From a virus: a stretch of DNA of 64,000 nt. Below the pieces are notes generated by a model. It was given only the letters and a program-made list of their open reading frames with translations. It ran no database searches and had not been told where the DNA came from. The position numbers were made by a program, and so were the translations under genes. Numbering within the stretch: position 1 is the first letter of the stretch; every line of letters begins with the position of its first letter. The stretch lies in IMG/VR virus record IMGVR_UViG_3300047564_005910, positions 1-64,000 of that record, one strand, 5' to 3'. Below are positions 15,752-28,200 of this stretch, one piece after another.

Positions 15752-18511
15752 TTAATATGTTATTCCAAAAGGATCAAGTGCACCAGATCTCGGGAAAAAT
15801 CTCGGATACGATGCGGTCCGTATTTTAGAATCTCTGCTATTAAATGCGTTTCTGGCATCTACAGGGAATGTAAAAAGATCGGTTACAGTCTTAAGTGTCA
15901 AATCAGTATGAGCTGCGCAGTAATTGTTTAATCCCATACATACAACACTACTCAATCTAAAATTTGTACACTCCATATAGCTTGTAAATATATTTTGATT
16001 ACCCTCTATATAAACTGCTAAATTAGCTGCGTTTATTACGTTATTAGATGACGGATAGTTTGTAAAAGTAATAGAAGTATTTGTATTTTCCGTTAAACCA
16101 ATACCTACATTAGCTCGGCTTATAAAAATATTTTGTAATGCTAAATTTGCATTCGGGTTAACCTTAATAGCGGTAGGAGCGTCAAATATACTAGTATTTT
16201 TTATAGTTAAATGATTATTTGATGTATTAATGCCGATGCCATATCTTTGATTATCAATTGAATTGTTACGTGTGCTAAACAACGTTACATAATCTAAATA
16301 ACCCGTGCTTGTATCTTCTATTTTTATAGTCGAACCACTTAAAGCATTCTTAACAAGACTAACTTCTTCTAATGTAAGTGAGCTGTTTTGAGAAATTGTA
16401 ATACCGTTAGCTTCTCTATCTATTGTACTGTTGCAGTAAATTAAATTAGGAGAGTAGTACGGGTAAGGTTGTACGTCAGGACTAATACCTGTATTCTGTA
16501 AAAGCTTTGGTGTAATAGTTAGACTAGAATTATGTGTACATAATGCTCCGTAGCGGTTACCTATTAGATTAATGCTACCTATACTTACGTTAGAATAACT
16601 TTTTGCAGTAATACCTGCATCTCCATTATGAAATATATCAACAAACTGTAAATATGCTTTTGAGTTGTTTTGTACAACCAAACCATTACGGAAATTTTGA
16701 GCTATAATCAACCGAGAGCCGTTTGTGAGTAAGGAGCTATCGTTTTCAATAATTGCACCTATAGAGTTATCTGTAATTGTTAAAGCGTTTCTTATATGTA
16801 CTGGGTTTGTAACGTCTCCTTCTACAATTATAGATGAGCTATTTGTTGCATGTAGACCGATACTAAAGTTAGCAATTGCAGAATCTGAATCAATTACGGC
16901 TATACTATTATTACTTGCTTGTACCCCAATATTTTCTGTATCAATAATATCAACAGTGTTAACTGCTGTTCTTGGGCCCCGCACATAAACATTTTGTAAA
17001 TGAAGACTTGTGCCTATTAATTTAAATCCTGCACTTCCAGTGTTTGTAAACCAAATTGTCGTTGGAAGAGGTTGTATATATGTTAAACCTGAACCTACGG
17101 GCATTTTAATACTAAAAGAGCGTGGTATCTTTATGTTGCTTAATAGGGTATTATATTTTGAATTAGCTGTAGCACGTTGATAGTTACCAGCTGATGCCTG
17201 TATTGTTACAGAATCATATTCTACCCGGTCGTATACACCGCGATATAGTTCAAAAAACGTTTTTTCAAAAAACGGTACCGAACCAACTACACCCTGTACT
17301 GAAACGTTTGTAGGGTCAAGTTGAGTTTTTGAGCTTAATCGTTCTGTAAATAGAGAACCGACGTCATCTAAATAAACTCTACCGGTATAATTGTTATTAA
17401 CTGATGATAATTGATATGCTTTAACAACTAAAGCCGCTTTACCGTTAAAATGAAATATATTACCTGTTTCAAATTTAGTATTACCAGGTGAGTACGGCAC
17501 AGGTGGGGACGCGTTATTTTGAGCAGTAACAATAACTACGTTAGTATTATAAGACGCATAATCATTTGTGTTATTAGCAGCAGATAATCTTTGTAATGTA
17601 TCTGTGGCTGAATAATGCCAGTTATTTTTATTACCAATAAACACCGGTACACCCGATACTGTACTACTAAACGGTGTAGTTACTTCAAAATAATTGTCAT
17701 TGGTTACTCTTTCTATTTGTTTTACTTCGTTGCCCGCAATAATGTAATTGTAATATCGATCATTTTGTATATCTTCAATTCCGTTTATAGCGCTTAACAA
17801 GCGCTTAAATGATGGGGCATTAAACCCGTGCACACCCTTAAGCCCTGAGCTATAAGTTACATAACCTGGTATAGGTATTGCATTTTTTCCGAATGTTTGA
17901 TAGACTTTTAAGGATCTATAATCTTTTAATTTCTGTTCACCAAGTGAAGTATCAAAAACAAAATTTGGTATCACATCATCGTCATGAAACGTTGTTGATG
18001 GTTGTACCATAGTTGCAGTAATAGTATCTGACATAGTACTACCAACAATGTGTACCGTGCCTGGTATATTTGCTAATGTAACTGTACTAGATAATTGATA
18101 AACTGCCGGGTCTTTTAGAAAAATGTAAAAATCATTTCGTTTATTAATTTTTGAAGGGTCCGTTGGTGTATTTTTTGCAACGTTGGTAATTTCGTTTATT
18201 GCTTTATCTAAAGTTAGGTAAGGAAAGGCTATAGAGCCTTTTTCTGAATCATTACCTGTTAAACTAACATAAAATGCATTTGGAGAATAAAATACACCTC
18301 TGTCATTAAGACGTATATTGATATCTCGTACCCCTGTTAAGGCAGCTGTAACTAGCTCTAAAGCAAGGTTTGTTTCAAAATTAATACTAGCGATAACAGC
18401 GCTTAGAGTTTGTTGCTGACTATCTAAACCTTGAAAGTTACCGTTAATCTTTTCTAAAGATTCCCCGATATATTCATCTCCGTCAATTTCTGTTGTGTAA
18501 ATTCTTGCCAT
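15752..18511 (-). CDS. tailspike/fibre with right-handed beta-helix
   Basis: EYIGESLEKINGNF anchor; YVSLTGND...PYLTLDKA cap; C-terminal GxxxxNNS beta-helix repeats. Confidence 0.75.
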   Translation of the reverse strand: MARIYTTEIDGDEYIGESLEKINGNFQGLDSQQQTLSAVIASINFETNLALELVTAALTGVRDINIRLNDRGVFYSPNAFYVSLTGNDSEKGSIAFPYLTLDKAINEITNVAKNTPTDPSKINKRNDFYIFLKDPAVYQLSSTVTLANIPGTVHIVGSTMSDTITATMVQPSTTFHDDDVIPNFVFDTSLGEQKLKDYRSLKVYQTFGKNAIPIPGYVTYSSGLKGVHGFNAPSFKRLLSAINGIEDIQNDRYYNYIIAGNEVKQIERVTNDNYFEVTTPFSSTVSGVPVFIGNKNNWHYSATDTLQRLSAANNTNDYASYNTNVVIVTAQNNASPPVPYSPGNTKFETGNIFHFNGKAALVVKAYQLSSVNNNYTGRVYLDDVGSLFTERLSSKTQLDPTNVSVQGVVGSVPFFEKTFFELYRGVYDRVEYDSVTIQASAGNYQRATANSKYNTLLSNIKIPRSFSIKMPVGSGLTYIQPLPTTIWFTNTGSAGFKLIGTSLHLQNVYVRGPRTAVNTVDIIDTENIGVQASNNSIAVIDSDSAIANFSIGLHATNSSSIIVEGDVTNPVHIRNALTITDNSIGAIIENDSSLLTNGSRLIIAQNFRNGLVVQNNSKAYLQFVDIFHNGDAGITAKSYSNVSIGSINLIGNRYGALCTHNSSLTITPKLLQNTGISPDVQPYPYYSPNLIYCNSTIDREANGITISQNSSLTLEEVSLVKNALSGSTIKIEDTSTGYLDYVTLFSTRNNSIDNQRYGIGINTSNNHLTIKNTSIFDAPTAIKVNPNANLALQNIFISRANVGIGLTENTNTSITFTNYPSSNNVINAANLAVYIEGNQNIFTSYMECTNFRLSSVVCMGLNNYCAAHTDLTLKTVTDLFTFPVDARNAFNSRDSKIRTASYPRFFPRSGALDPFGITY

Positions 18512-18530
18512 TGTTAATATTTATAGTTGT

Positions 18531-19733
18531 TTAATTTACAACGAAGTAATTAATTGTGCTAGTATCGTTTGCTCTTGTTGTAGGATCAGATAATGAGCTA
18601 ATTATTACTGTATTGGTTGTACAGCGTGCAGATAAATGACCGAGAGTGCCTTGAGGTGTTGCTCTTGTTACAAATACACGGCTATTAGTTGTTACCCCTG
18701 TGACTGTTATTTCTGTAGCACCGTTCGGGTACGGGGTGCCTAAAGTTGCCTGACCAACAGCTGCAGGATTACTACCTGCTGCAGCAAACGAAACACGACC
18801 TGCTAGTGTTACAACAGACCCTGTATCGCTAATATTACTATCTGTAAGTGTGTCAACAGTACCAGACCCTGACCACTTCGGAATCGAGTTACCGGTTCCG
18901 GATCCATCTACTAGGGCTGTGCCCCACACCTTAGGGTCAATTTCATCGGTTACAACAACGTTATTTGAGCTTAAAACAACAACTGTATTTTCAATCGCAG
19001 TACCTGGTGCAATACCATTAATTTTTACGACATCACTACTATCAGTACCTAAAACAGTGTCTCCGTCGACAGTTAAGTTTATTGTAGTATAAAGTGAGCC
19101 TTCTATAGTTAAACGATTGGCCGCATTACGATATAGTTTAACTGGTGTTGTTGTACCTATGATTATTGCATTATTTGTATCTAGAGTATTTTTAAAGGTT
19201 GTATTACCCGATTCAACGGTTACATTTTTAGTTGAATTTAGCCCTATTACAGCGTTACCTGATAAAAAGAAATTACCTTCAATGGCTGCGTTGTTTGTTA
19301 CGTAAAAGTTGCCATCTGTACGAAGAGTATCATTAAGTTGGCCGTCTTTGTACAGGTTTGTAACCATGGCGTTTGTCGGGGTACCGACATCACCGCTGTT
19401 TCGATGACCAAAAATTAAAGCACTTTGTCTAGAAATAGCTCTAGAAATATAAACAGGGTATGCCTGTATTAAAATATACTCGCCGCGATTAGTATTAGAA
19501 CCAAAAACAGATGTACCTTCTGCTCGAAACGTATCCTTAACACTAGCAGCTCCGGATACCTGTAAATTATTAGTAACTACTTGACTTCTAAGGGAGGTAA
19601 TAAAATCATCTATTTGTATGTATTTTGCAGATAGAGTTACCGGTAGTTTTTGTAGGTTTAAAAAGTTTTGATTAATTTTCCCTAAAGAATTACCTATATA
19701 CTCATAGGGTGATATGGTTGTTATTGCGTCCAT
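18531..19733 (-). CDS. tail fibre protein
   Basis: EYIGNSLGKINQNF anchor; LTVDGDTVLG shaft repeats; GTGNSIPKW...LTDSNISDTG. Confidence 0.75.
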   Translation of the reverse strand: MDAITTISPYEYIGNSLGKINQNFLNLQKLPVTLSAKYIQIDDFITSLRSQVVTNNLQVSGAASVKDTFRAEGTSVFGSNTNRGEYILIQAYPVYISRAISRQSALIFGHRNSGDVGTPTNAMVTNLYKDGQLNDTLRTDGNFYVTNNAAIEGNFFLSGNAVIGLNSTKNVTVESGNTTFKNTLDTNNAIIIGTTTPVKLYRNAANRLTIEGSLYTTINLTVDGDTVLGTDSSDVVKINGIAPGTAIENTVVVLSSNNVVVTDEIDPKVWGTALVDGSGTGNSIPKWSGSGTVDTLTDSNISDTGSVVTLAGRVSFAAAGSNPAAVGQATLGTPYPNGATEITVTGVTTNSRVFVTRATPQGTLGHLSARCTTNTVIISSLSDPTTRANDTSTINYFVVN

Positions 19734-19782
19734 TTATTATAATATATTTATACGAAGGTTATCGTGCATCAATGTAATCATA

Positions 19783-22596
19783 TTAAAGACTTTTTTCAGC
19801 TAAAATATAAGAGCTACCCGGGCACCATGTTTTTGCTGTTTCAACCCACACAGGTAAGTTATTTTCTACATAAACAGGGTCAGCATCACACAATGTTGGT
19901 CCTTCTACAAAAAAGTTAATAGTGCTAGGATCTAAATGGTAGCTATAGTTTGGGTTATATGACTCTTTCTGCGGTATAACCGTACCAGTTATCGATAATG
20001 CTTCCTCTTGGCCGACAATCATACTACGTGCTTTACTGATTTTTTCGTTTCCTAAAATTTTAACAATAAATTCAGGATATGTGGCATCTCCTACAAAACC
20101 TAATGAAAAATAAGCTTCGGCTGCATCTTCTTCAACCGGCGGCTGCCCGTTGTTGCCTGTAACACTCGAGGTTTGAGTACTAATTGTGGTTAGCATTTGT
20201 CTCGCTGTAAGAGATTCTACATCTGTTAGTAAATCTCTGTAATTTAGCATATTTTTAATAGCATTAATATTGTGCCAAAGTTTTTCTATATTACGATTAA
20301 CTACATCAGTTGTAACAATTTCGTTTTGACCAAAAACTATAGTGCTTTTTTCAAAAAGTTTTAAATTATCAAAATCTCTTTTAGTAAAATACTTTGTTAT
20401 ATAGCTACCAGTAACAACGTTCATTTTTTTAACTACACTTTTACGGACTAACTCAATGTTATCCCACATACGCTGAAAACTACGGTTATATGTTATGTCT
20501 TGTACTATTTCTTCCTTATTAATAAAAATGTCGTTTAGTTCCCAGTAATACTCTTCTTTAAGCTCATCTCCTAAATACAAAAAGTTTGTATTAACAAGTA
20601 GTTTTTGCAAATATCCTCCAACAGTAATGTATAAGTTACGTGTTTGATCAATACACCCGCTATAGATATTAAAGTCTAAATTCGAATTACTACTATCTCC
20701 CTCTAACCGGGTTGTTTGATTGCCCCATGTTTTACTGTACTGGGCTTGAAAACCCGTATCATTCCAGGTTATGCTTACTGGGTTAAGATCTAAACTTTGT
20801 GCACAGCTTAAAGCATCCCAAGACCAGTAAAAATTATACAAATCTTGACAAGGTAAAAAATAATCTGATTCTGCGATACTTACATTTTCTGAACCATAAA
20901 TGGTTGCAATATATTTACCACTTTTATGATATTTTTGTACCTTTGTACGGTATATAACAAATAAAAAGTCGCGACGAGGCTCAGTTATTATCTTAATTGG
21001 TATAGAGTCAGGGTTAAAGAGTTTATATTCTAAAATAGTATTTGTTTCGCTATCAACTTTAGCTACAGTTTTTGGCTTAAGAATGTGATAATTGTAATCA
21101 CTATCTGTTAACCCGTTTATTATTGTATTATCAAATAGCTCAGATATCATAGTTGTTAGCCACGTACCGTCGTTACTATATTTTTTAATAACACCATTAC
21201 CTGTGTCAACGACGTGTAAGTTGTCGTAGTTATCTAAAAAAATACTATTAGGTAATAAAAACTTGTTTTTGGCATTACGTCCACCGGTTCCGCCAAAATA
21301 AAGCTGATTGGTCCAAGTTGATGATGTTCTTGTAAAGTTCTTTTGAAAAATACCTATTCGAGATGCCCCGGCGTCAAGAACAAACATTTTTTTCTTAGAA
21401 TCTAGTACAACATTTTTAATATTTAAAAACGGAGCACCTTCATTAAAGTTTTTTATTTTAGCTGTTATACTTGTGTTGTAAAGTTTTGTTAATTCGTGTA
21501 TAGTATTATCTTTAATATAATAAAACTCATAATCTGTTGCAAAAACATCAACAATAGGTGTTTGGTTTTCAATAGGTTCAAAATATTCGTATGAACCATT
21601 AACATTATTTACATATGTGTTCCAAACATATTTGTTAGTGTTATACCAACCTATTCTTTTTGTAACAGCAGGGTTTACAATTTTTTGCTCAAGTAGAAAT
21701 CTCTCCAGGCAATCGTGCATTTTACGAAATACAGAGTTTATATTATCCTCAATTACAAATTCGTTTGGTGCAATATACGGAGGTATATCGTCGACCTTTA
21801 CAAAATCATCAACAAAGCGTAATTTATCTACTGTGTTATAATCTTCATAAACTTCTTGCACATTTAAAATATCTTCGTGCATAAGTTTTAACTCTTTTAT
21901 TAAAAAGTCATCATTAAAATATAATGTTACGATAATATCTTTTTTACCGAGTGTAGAGTATTTTACATGAAATGTTGCCGGGGTATAATCACCGACAAAA
22001 GTTATTCTATTTTCTTCTGATTCAATTGTACCTTTTTGTATATAGCTTGTAGTATTAGATATAGCTATACCTTGTATAGTTTGTTCTTTATTTTTTAAGA
22101 TGAGGTAATCATTTGTGTATAACTTATACGGGGCGGTACAAAAAACGTTTTTCGAAACTTGATTATCGATTTTGTTTTTACCTTTTAAGTAGTCTGGTAA
22201 ATAGGCTACTGTAAGTTTAAAAAGAGATGTATCTAATGTATATTTTTTGGTGTTTACATTTTTATTTTCAAGTATTTTTATAGTTATTTTAGCAACCCGG
22301 GCGGCTGGATAAGCTGCTCCGAATTCTATAGGGTCCCCGTTAGCATCGTAAACAAAAACACTATTTAAAAAAACCTTCTTAAAGCCGTCTTCTTCATCGT
22401 TATAAAAAAAGCTATCAGGTTCTATTGACCACGATAGAATTGAATTTATATCAATATTATATTCGTTGTAGTTACCTTCTTCATCGTAATAAACTGTAAA
22501 AGCTTCTACATCTATACTTACCCCGCCTTTAAAATAGGTGTAATTAGCGGGACGCATCCCAAGATCTTTTGGTGTTATATAAGGTGCTATTGCCAT
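19783..22596 (-). CDS. virion protein with NHL-type beta-propeller
   Basis: FVLDAGASRI, FLLPNSI...VVDTGNGVIKKY NHL repeats; three (N/E)E(F/I)V...N...(K/R)(M/L) repeats. Confidence 0.7.
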   Translation of the reverse strand: MAIAPYITPKDLGMRPANYTYFKGGVSIDVEAFTVYYDEEGNYNEYNIDINSILSWSIEPDSFFYNDEEDGFKKVFLNSVFVYDANGDPIEFGAAYPAARVAKITIKILENKNVNTKKYTLDTSLFKLTVAYLPDYLKGKNKIDNQVSKNVFCTAPYKLYTNDYLILKNKEQTIQGIAISNTTSYIQKGTIESEENRITFVGDYTPATFHVKYSTLGKKDIIVTLYFNDDFLIKELKLMHEDILNVQEVYEDYNTVDKLRFVDDFVKVDDIPPYIAPNEFVIEDNINSVFRKMHDCLERFLLEQKIVNPAVTKRIGWYNTNKYVWNTYVNNVNGSYEYFEPIENQTPIVDVFATDYEFYYIKDNTIHELTKLYNTSITAKIKNFNEGAPFLNIKNVVLDSKKKMFVLDAGASRIGIFQKNFTRTSSTWTNQLYFGGTGGRNAKNKFLLPNSIFLDNYDNLHVVDTGNGVIKKYSNDGTWLTTMISELFDNTIINGLTDSDYNYHILKPKTVAKVDSETNTILEYKLFNPDSIPIKIITEPRRDFLFVIYRTKVQKYHKSGKYIATIYGSENVSIAESDYFLPCQDLYNFYWSWDALSCAQSLDLNPVSITWNDTGFQAQYSKTWGNQTTRLEGDSSNSNLDFNIYSGCIDQTRNLYITVGGYLQKLLVNTNFLYLGDELKEEYYWELNDIFINKEEIVQDITYNRSFQRMWDNIELVRKSVVKKMNVVTGSYITKYFTKRDFDNLKLFEKSTIVFGQNEIVTTDVVNRNIEKLWHNINAIKNMLNYRDLLTDVESLTARQMLTTISTQTSSVTGNNGQPPVEEDAAEAYFSLGFVGDATYPEFIVKILGNEKISKARSMIVGQEEALSITGTVIPQKESYNPNYSYHLDPSTINFFVEGPTLCDADPVYVENNLPVWVETAKTWCPGSSYILAEKSL

Positions 22597-25271
22597 ATGA
22601 CTTTATAGTGCTGAGTATACCCAGGCATTGTTTTATTAATTATTTTTTCGATTTGTTTTTCGATTTGCTCTCTAATAGCAGGAGAATATACACCATTATC
22701 CTGTATTTTAATATTATAGAAATTACTTTTGCTACCTGGTACGCGATGTTTAAAGAAACGTTCGATTTCTTCGATATAATATTGATCTTTTACATTTACG
22801 TTCCAGTATAAATCGTTTTGAGGGGTGCTTTCTTTTAAAAGAAAAATAACATCCTCATCTTCTAAAGCTCGAGAGTATAGTTTTATGCCGTGCATGTAGC
22901 CGTTGAATTGTAAGCTTTGTGTTTTTAATTCATCGTTAATACTAGCTGTTTTACCAGGGGGTTGACCAATAAAGATATTATTCTTAAAACCAATCGGTAC
23001 TTCATAATAAGAAGGTATTTCAATTTTTTCACTTAATTTTGCATTTAAATATATTTTTAATGTATTATCTTTATAGCTACATGTAACCATATACCATTTC
23101 TTATCTAAAAAGCTGTTTACATTAATTTTTGTTTCAAAAATTTTCGCACTATAATCGTTTGTATACGCTTTTACTTTAAAAACTATAAAATTATCATTCT
23201 GGTACTTAAATTGCTTGTACCGGTAGCCAGTTATATCTTTTTTAGTAACAAAAGAGCTAGTGTATTTAAAGTTATTAATATCGAACAAGCCTGTGAGAGT
23301 TATATCCTTTTTATGATTACCGTCTAAAAATACTTCATAAAAACAATTTTCTATATTACTTACAAACAGTATTGTTGTCTCAATTTTTTTCGAAACACGA
23401 TTATATCTTTTAATAAAGTCAAAATTAGTAACCGGTTCTTTGGTCATAACTCTATCTGTTTTATATTTTGTTATTAGCGTTGTAGGGTCATTCCATACCC
23501 CTTCCCAAGGATACTCTAAAACTTCTTTATTTTGGGTGTAGGATAAAGTTAACAAAAGGTCTCCATCTGTATTACGTAGCACGTGTTCCCAGCGATTTAA
23601 ATTTGTATTCCACTCAACGAATAAATTACGAACTATTCTTGCACCGAATGTATCTTTTGTAAAATATTTTTTAAAATAACGGTTTTTGCCATTATATGTT
23701 TCGGTTTGTTCGTACTCTTTAGTTTCACCGTTTAAAAATGATGATGTAACTAAAAGATTTGCAAATCTATCTTGTATTTCGGAGTTTGTGAAATTAAACT
23801 GTCTAATAAGCTTTTCAGTTCTTATTAAGAAAACACTCATTGTGTTGTTACCGCTTAATACCCATAACTGATCGTCCAGTACTTGTATTTTATGTATGGT
23901 TTTTGAAGTGGTCATTCGGGTACGTTTATTATTTTTATAAACGGTACGCGATCTTGCAAAATATATATTATTATTAAGATCAACAGTAACACAGTTCGAT
24001 GTTACATCAAAATAAAATATTTTACCGTTGTTGTCTATAAACAAAGTTTTATTAATGAACGTTCCAAATATTGTTTCTCGTAATTTAAAATCCTTAGTAT
24101 ATATGTGCTGTCTATCATCTGATATGATTACAAAATCATTATTAGGGTACAACGATATGTCGTTTATACGGAACGGAGTTTTTACTTCATTTAGAAGAGA
24201 CCCGGTAAAATCATATTTTTGTATAACAGAATTAAAGTCGTCGTAATAACCAACAACAATAGTGTTATTATCTGTATCTTGCAATGTTATTTGTGGGGTG
24301 TACTCAACGTAAGCGTTATAATAATTTTCGTTATCTAAATTAAAGAACGCAATTTTTTTCTGCTCTACTAAAGATAATGTATAGTAAATAAAACTATTCT
24401 TATTTTCATAAGAAACCTCGAAACTACTTTTATCTAAATTACCTACTAACGTGCTATTCAAGCTCTGAGACCATTCGTTATGGGATACCCAAAATACGCA
24501 ACCAAGTTCATTTCTATCAAAAGACAGAGCCGTTGTATACTGCACAAACGTATTAAGATAGTTTGTAGAAAAATCTAAACTGTTTTTACCTACAAACGGG
24601 CTAAAGTCGATTAACGTATTAATATTTCGACTATTAAAACGGTTAGAGTAACGACTGCCATCTACAAATCGAGTCCCGCTTTGCTCTAGAGTAAAGGTTA
24701 ATAGTTTTTTTTGATCCCCGCTTATTGTTTCAATAGTTTTTTGTATCTTTTTATTTCCAATATGATAAAAAGAGTACCAGCTGCCAGGTTCTAGAAGTAG
24801 TCTAGATGGTAAGTCGAATATTGCTGGTGTATTTTCAATAAAAACAGGAGGGGTATACTTTTGATTTATAGCTTCACTATAACTTGTATGACCCGGATTG
24901 TAAAATCTATCAAGCCATACAGGTCTTTGTTCAGAGGATGAAAGATAAAGCCAGCTACACAACCATTCTCCATCTTTTGGACCGGTAGAGTTGCCGTAAT
25001 TAGTGTATTTACCGTAATTGCCTTGTTTTTTAAAGACTTTATCGCTGTTATACGGTGTTAAACCGCCTATAGCACCTGCTTCTATAAAACCGCTATCATT
25101 AATATGGGTTGTATAACTAAAATACGGTACGTGAAAATAAGTCGTTTTATCTTTGTTAAAGATTAACTCAGTTGTTTCAGCATTATACGATAGAAATATA
25201 TTTTGATACCCGTCTTTTTGTGGGGGCCCTACAAAAATCTTATGATAATTACGTAAATAAAGCTGCTCCAT
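22587..25271 (-). CDS. virion protein with LamG/concanavalin-like domain and propeller
   Basis: WYMVTCSY...LKIYLNA...IFIG...FNGYMHGIKLYSRAL. Confidence 0.7.
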   Translation of the reverse strand: MEQLYLRNYHKIFVGPPQKDGYQNIFLSYNAETTELIFNKDKTTYFHVPYFSYTTHINDSGFIEAGAIGGLTPYNSDKVFKKQGNYGKYTNYGNSTGPKDGEWLCSWLYLSSSEQRPVWLDRFYNPGHTSYSEAINQKYTPPVFIENTPAIFDLPSRLLLEPGSWYSFYHIGNKKIQKTIETISGDQKKLLTFTLEQSGTRFVDGSRYSNRFNSRNINTLIDFSPFVGKNSLDFSTNYLNTFVQYTTALSFDRNELGCVFWVSHNEWSQSLNSTLVGNLDKSSFEVSYENKNSFIYYTLSLVEQKKIAFFNLDNENYYNAYVEYTPQITLQDTDNNTIVVGYYDDFNSVIQKYDFTGSLLNEVKTPFRINDISLYPNNDFVIISDDRQHIYTKDFKLRETIFGTFINKTLFIDNNGKIFYFDVTSNCVTVDLNNNIYFARSRTVYKNNKRTRMTTSKTIHKIQVLDDQLWVLSGNNTMSVFLIRTEKLIRQFNFTNSEIQDRFANLLVTSSFLNGETKEYEQTETYNGKNRYFKKYFTKDTFGARIVRNLFVEWNTNLNRWEHVLRNTDGDLLLTLSYTQNKEVLEYPWEGVWNDPTTLITKYKTDRVMTKEPVTNFDFIKRYNRVSKKIETTILFVSNIENCFYEVFLDGNHKKDITLTGLFDINNFKYTSSFVTKKDITGYRYKQFKYQNDNFIVFKVKAYTNDYSAKIFETKINVNSFLDKKWYMVTCSYKDNTLKIYLNAKLSEKIEIPSYYEVPIGFKNNIFIGQPPGKTASINDELKTQSLQFNGYMHGIKLYSRALEDEDVIFLLKESTPQNDLYWNVNVKDQYYIEEIERFFKHRVPGSKSNFYNIKIQDNGVYSPAIREQIEKQIEKIINKTMPGYTQHYKVIWQ

Positions 25272-25298
25272 TGTATTATAAGTATTTAAGTCTAAAAC

Positions 25299-28200
25299 TT
25301 AAATATCAAACGCTGTTATAGTGTATGTAAGGGTATTTCTTGCGGTTGCATAACTAAAATTACTTTTAGCCGCTATTTGTTTCCAAAGAATTTTTGGTGG
25401 GGGTACCGCAGTTATAGAATCAATTAAAGACGTAGGCTGATACGGTGTAGCAAATGGTCCGTGTTCTATTTGAAACCCGTATATACCTATTTGACCTGCA
25501 GCTGCAGCCTGTAAATATAGCTCTCGGCGAATAGGTGGTGCGGGTGTTCTAAATGTCGTTATACAGCGTATCCAGTCATTTTTATAAAACTCTATACGAG
25601 ATGTGTTACCTGTTACAACTCTTTTAGAAGCTAAATCAAAAATACCTGACTTAATACCATATTCACTTCTTAAAATAGATGGGAGCTCCCATTTAACAAA
25701 AGGTATATCGTAATATTTTAAAAAGACACTCATTGTGTATGTTTCGTTTACTCGAAGCTCCCCGCCTTGTACAGCTGGTTTAATATAATAATTGTTACTA
25801 GCTTGTTCGACAGTTATAATTGCTGCATCTTTTGTACCAAACGGGCTATCTATTACATTAGCGTTTGTTCTAACGTTACCACCACCGATAGTCCAAGATG
25901 CAATTCTGTTACTTTCTAAAACAATGTTACCAGAACTTTGCGGAACCTGGGTTAAGTTAAAGAAAGAAGCGTTTTTAATACCCTGACCTAATTGACCTAA
26001 ATTACAATTACCTGAAACAAATAAGTTACCGCCTGATAAAGCTAGTAGATGATGCTTACCTGCTGCAATATCATCCCATTTTCCGGGTATCTGTAACCAT
26101 TGTCTGTTAACAGGGTTAATAGTTGTTGTTCCTAGTTCACCGAAGTCATTTGAGCCAACTGCAAATAAATCCCCGGTTTCAGCTAATGCATAAGACGTTG
26201 TATCCCCAGCTTCTATTTTACGCCACGGGCTATATAAAGATTCTCCAGTTGCAGGATCTGTACCTGTAATTGGTGGTACCACCGTACACTCTTGCCACTC
26301 ATAAACAGTATCCACGTCTTCAACACCTAGCTCTCCTTTATCGTTCAAACCTGTGCTGTATATTTTACCGTCTCCGGCTAATCCAATAGAGTGCTTTATA
26401 CCTGCTGCGATATCAAGCCACTCTGAACCACCAGGTAAAATATTCCACCCTCTAACAATTTTAGTATTTTCACCCATACCTAATTGACCCTCTTCATTTT
26501 GGCCTGTTACATATAGCTTATTATCACTCTTTATACCTAAAGTATGGGTGATTCCCCCTACTATTTTTTTAAACACAGTACCATCTTCTTGTATTTGTTG
26601 AGAGATATCCCATCTGTTTATAAAGTTTCTTGGTAAATCAGCTCTACCTAACTGAAAATCTCTATTATCTCCTGCTCCGTATAAATTGCCGTCAAAATCT
26701 ACTGCAAAAGAACAGTTATGGGTAGTAAATATATCTCTCCACTTACCTGGTATTTGTTTTGGTGTCGAAACAATTATTTCTCGTTCTGGTGACGTTGCAA
26801 TTTGCCCGTAAGTGTTGTTACCGCCTGCATATAGGTCTGTGCCACTTAAAAGCAAGGCATGTGTTGCACCTAAAGAAATCTTTGTCCAACCACCTGTTAA
26901 TGTTTGAGTTAAAACTAATACATCAGAAGAACCTCCATTTAGTAGTTGACCATTGGAGTTTCTTCCGGCAACAAAAATATTACTTAGAGGTACGTTAATT
27001 GTCACATCAATAATAGGTAGTGGTGGCTCAACAATAGGTTGCCCTGTTTCAGGGTCTATAGAAGATACTCCTTCATAGATTGTTTTACCGTAAAAATTTT
27101 GGCCTAAAATATACGGAAACACAGGTCTTTGAGTTGCAGGATCAATGGTAAGAAAATATGCATATGTACCGTTAGGGTATTCTGGTGTAACACAATAACG
27201 ACCGTTGTAAGCGTCTAAATCACCATAACTAGGGTTATAGTTATAATCTTGTACAAAATACCCGAGGGGGTATGAACTTAGAGGAGGACGATATTTAGGT
27301 ACACTTGATAATACCCGGTAAGAACTACGTAAGGCAGTAACACGGGAAAGACTATCGTCTGGTTTTTTATACCCATAAGGTCCGTAAATCGGAAAACCGT
27401 CTAATGCTACACCAAATATTTTTGAGTGACCGTTATAATGTTCAGTACTAAAATTATAATAATCATTTAAGCCTAAAAACTCTTCCCAAGTGTCGTTAAA
27501 TAAAAATTCTCCAGTGTAGTATTTGTATAAATTATTTTTATCAGGGGCACCACCTGCAAAATCAATACCTGAAAGTTTTGTATAAACCAAATCAAAATTA
27601 TATATATTGCGGTTGTTCGAGCCTGTTAACGTTTCTGTTGAACAAAAATTATTTAAATAAACACCGTTGCTTGCAATACCGATTATTCGGTTTTTAGTTT
27701 CTGCAGGAAATCTTTCTCGAGTATTTTTACCACCGTTATACGGTAAAATAAAATTGTAACTTTGCGGTTCAACAGAAAAGCGATATTCGTTTGTAGGAAA
27801 TGTTCCCTTTTTAAAGATAGTCGATGGTATGCTTTTAGCATCAATTATTAGATTACTTTGTTCGGAATCATATCTAGCATCAATGTCTAAATCAAAAAAT
27901 ATAGAGGCCGGGTTAAAGCCTGTAAAGGAAGGTGGTTTAGGTTTTTTTGCAACTGTATAAGAAGGTGTTAATATATTTTTTAAGGCTACTATTTCGGCAT
28001 CAATATCAAAAAATTGCTGTTTATCTTTATTAGTTAAGTCAGTGCTGTTTTTATACGGTACATGTACTAAAAAATTAATATCATTAACCGGTATTTTATT
28101 AGCTATCTCAGTATTTGTTGTATTTGTATCTTGAAAATTATTGTAATATTCTACTGCGTAGCTTTGTGGTATGTAATCAGGGGTGTAAAAACTATCTACT

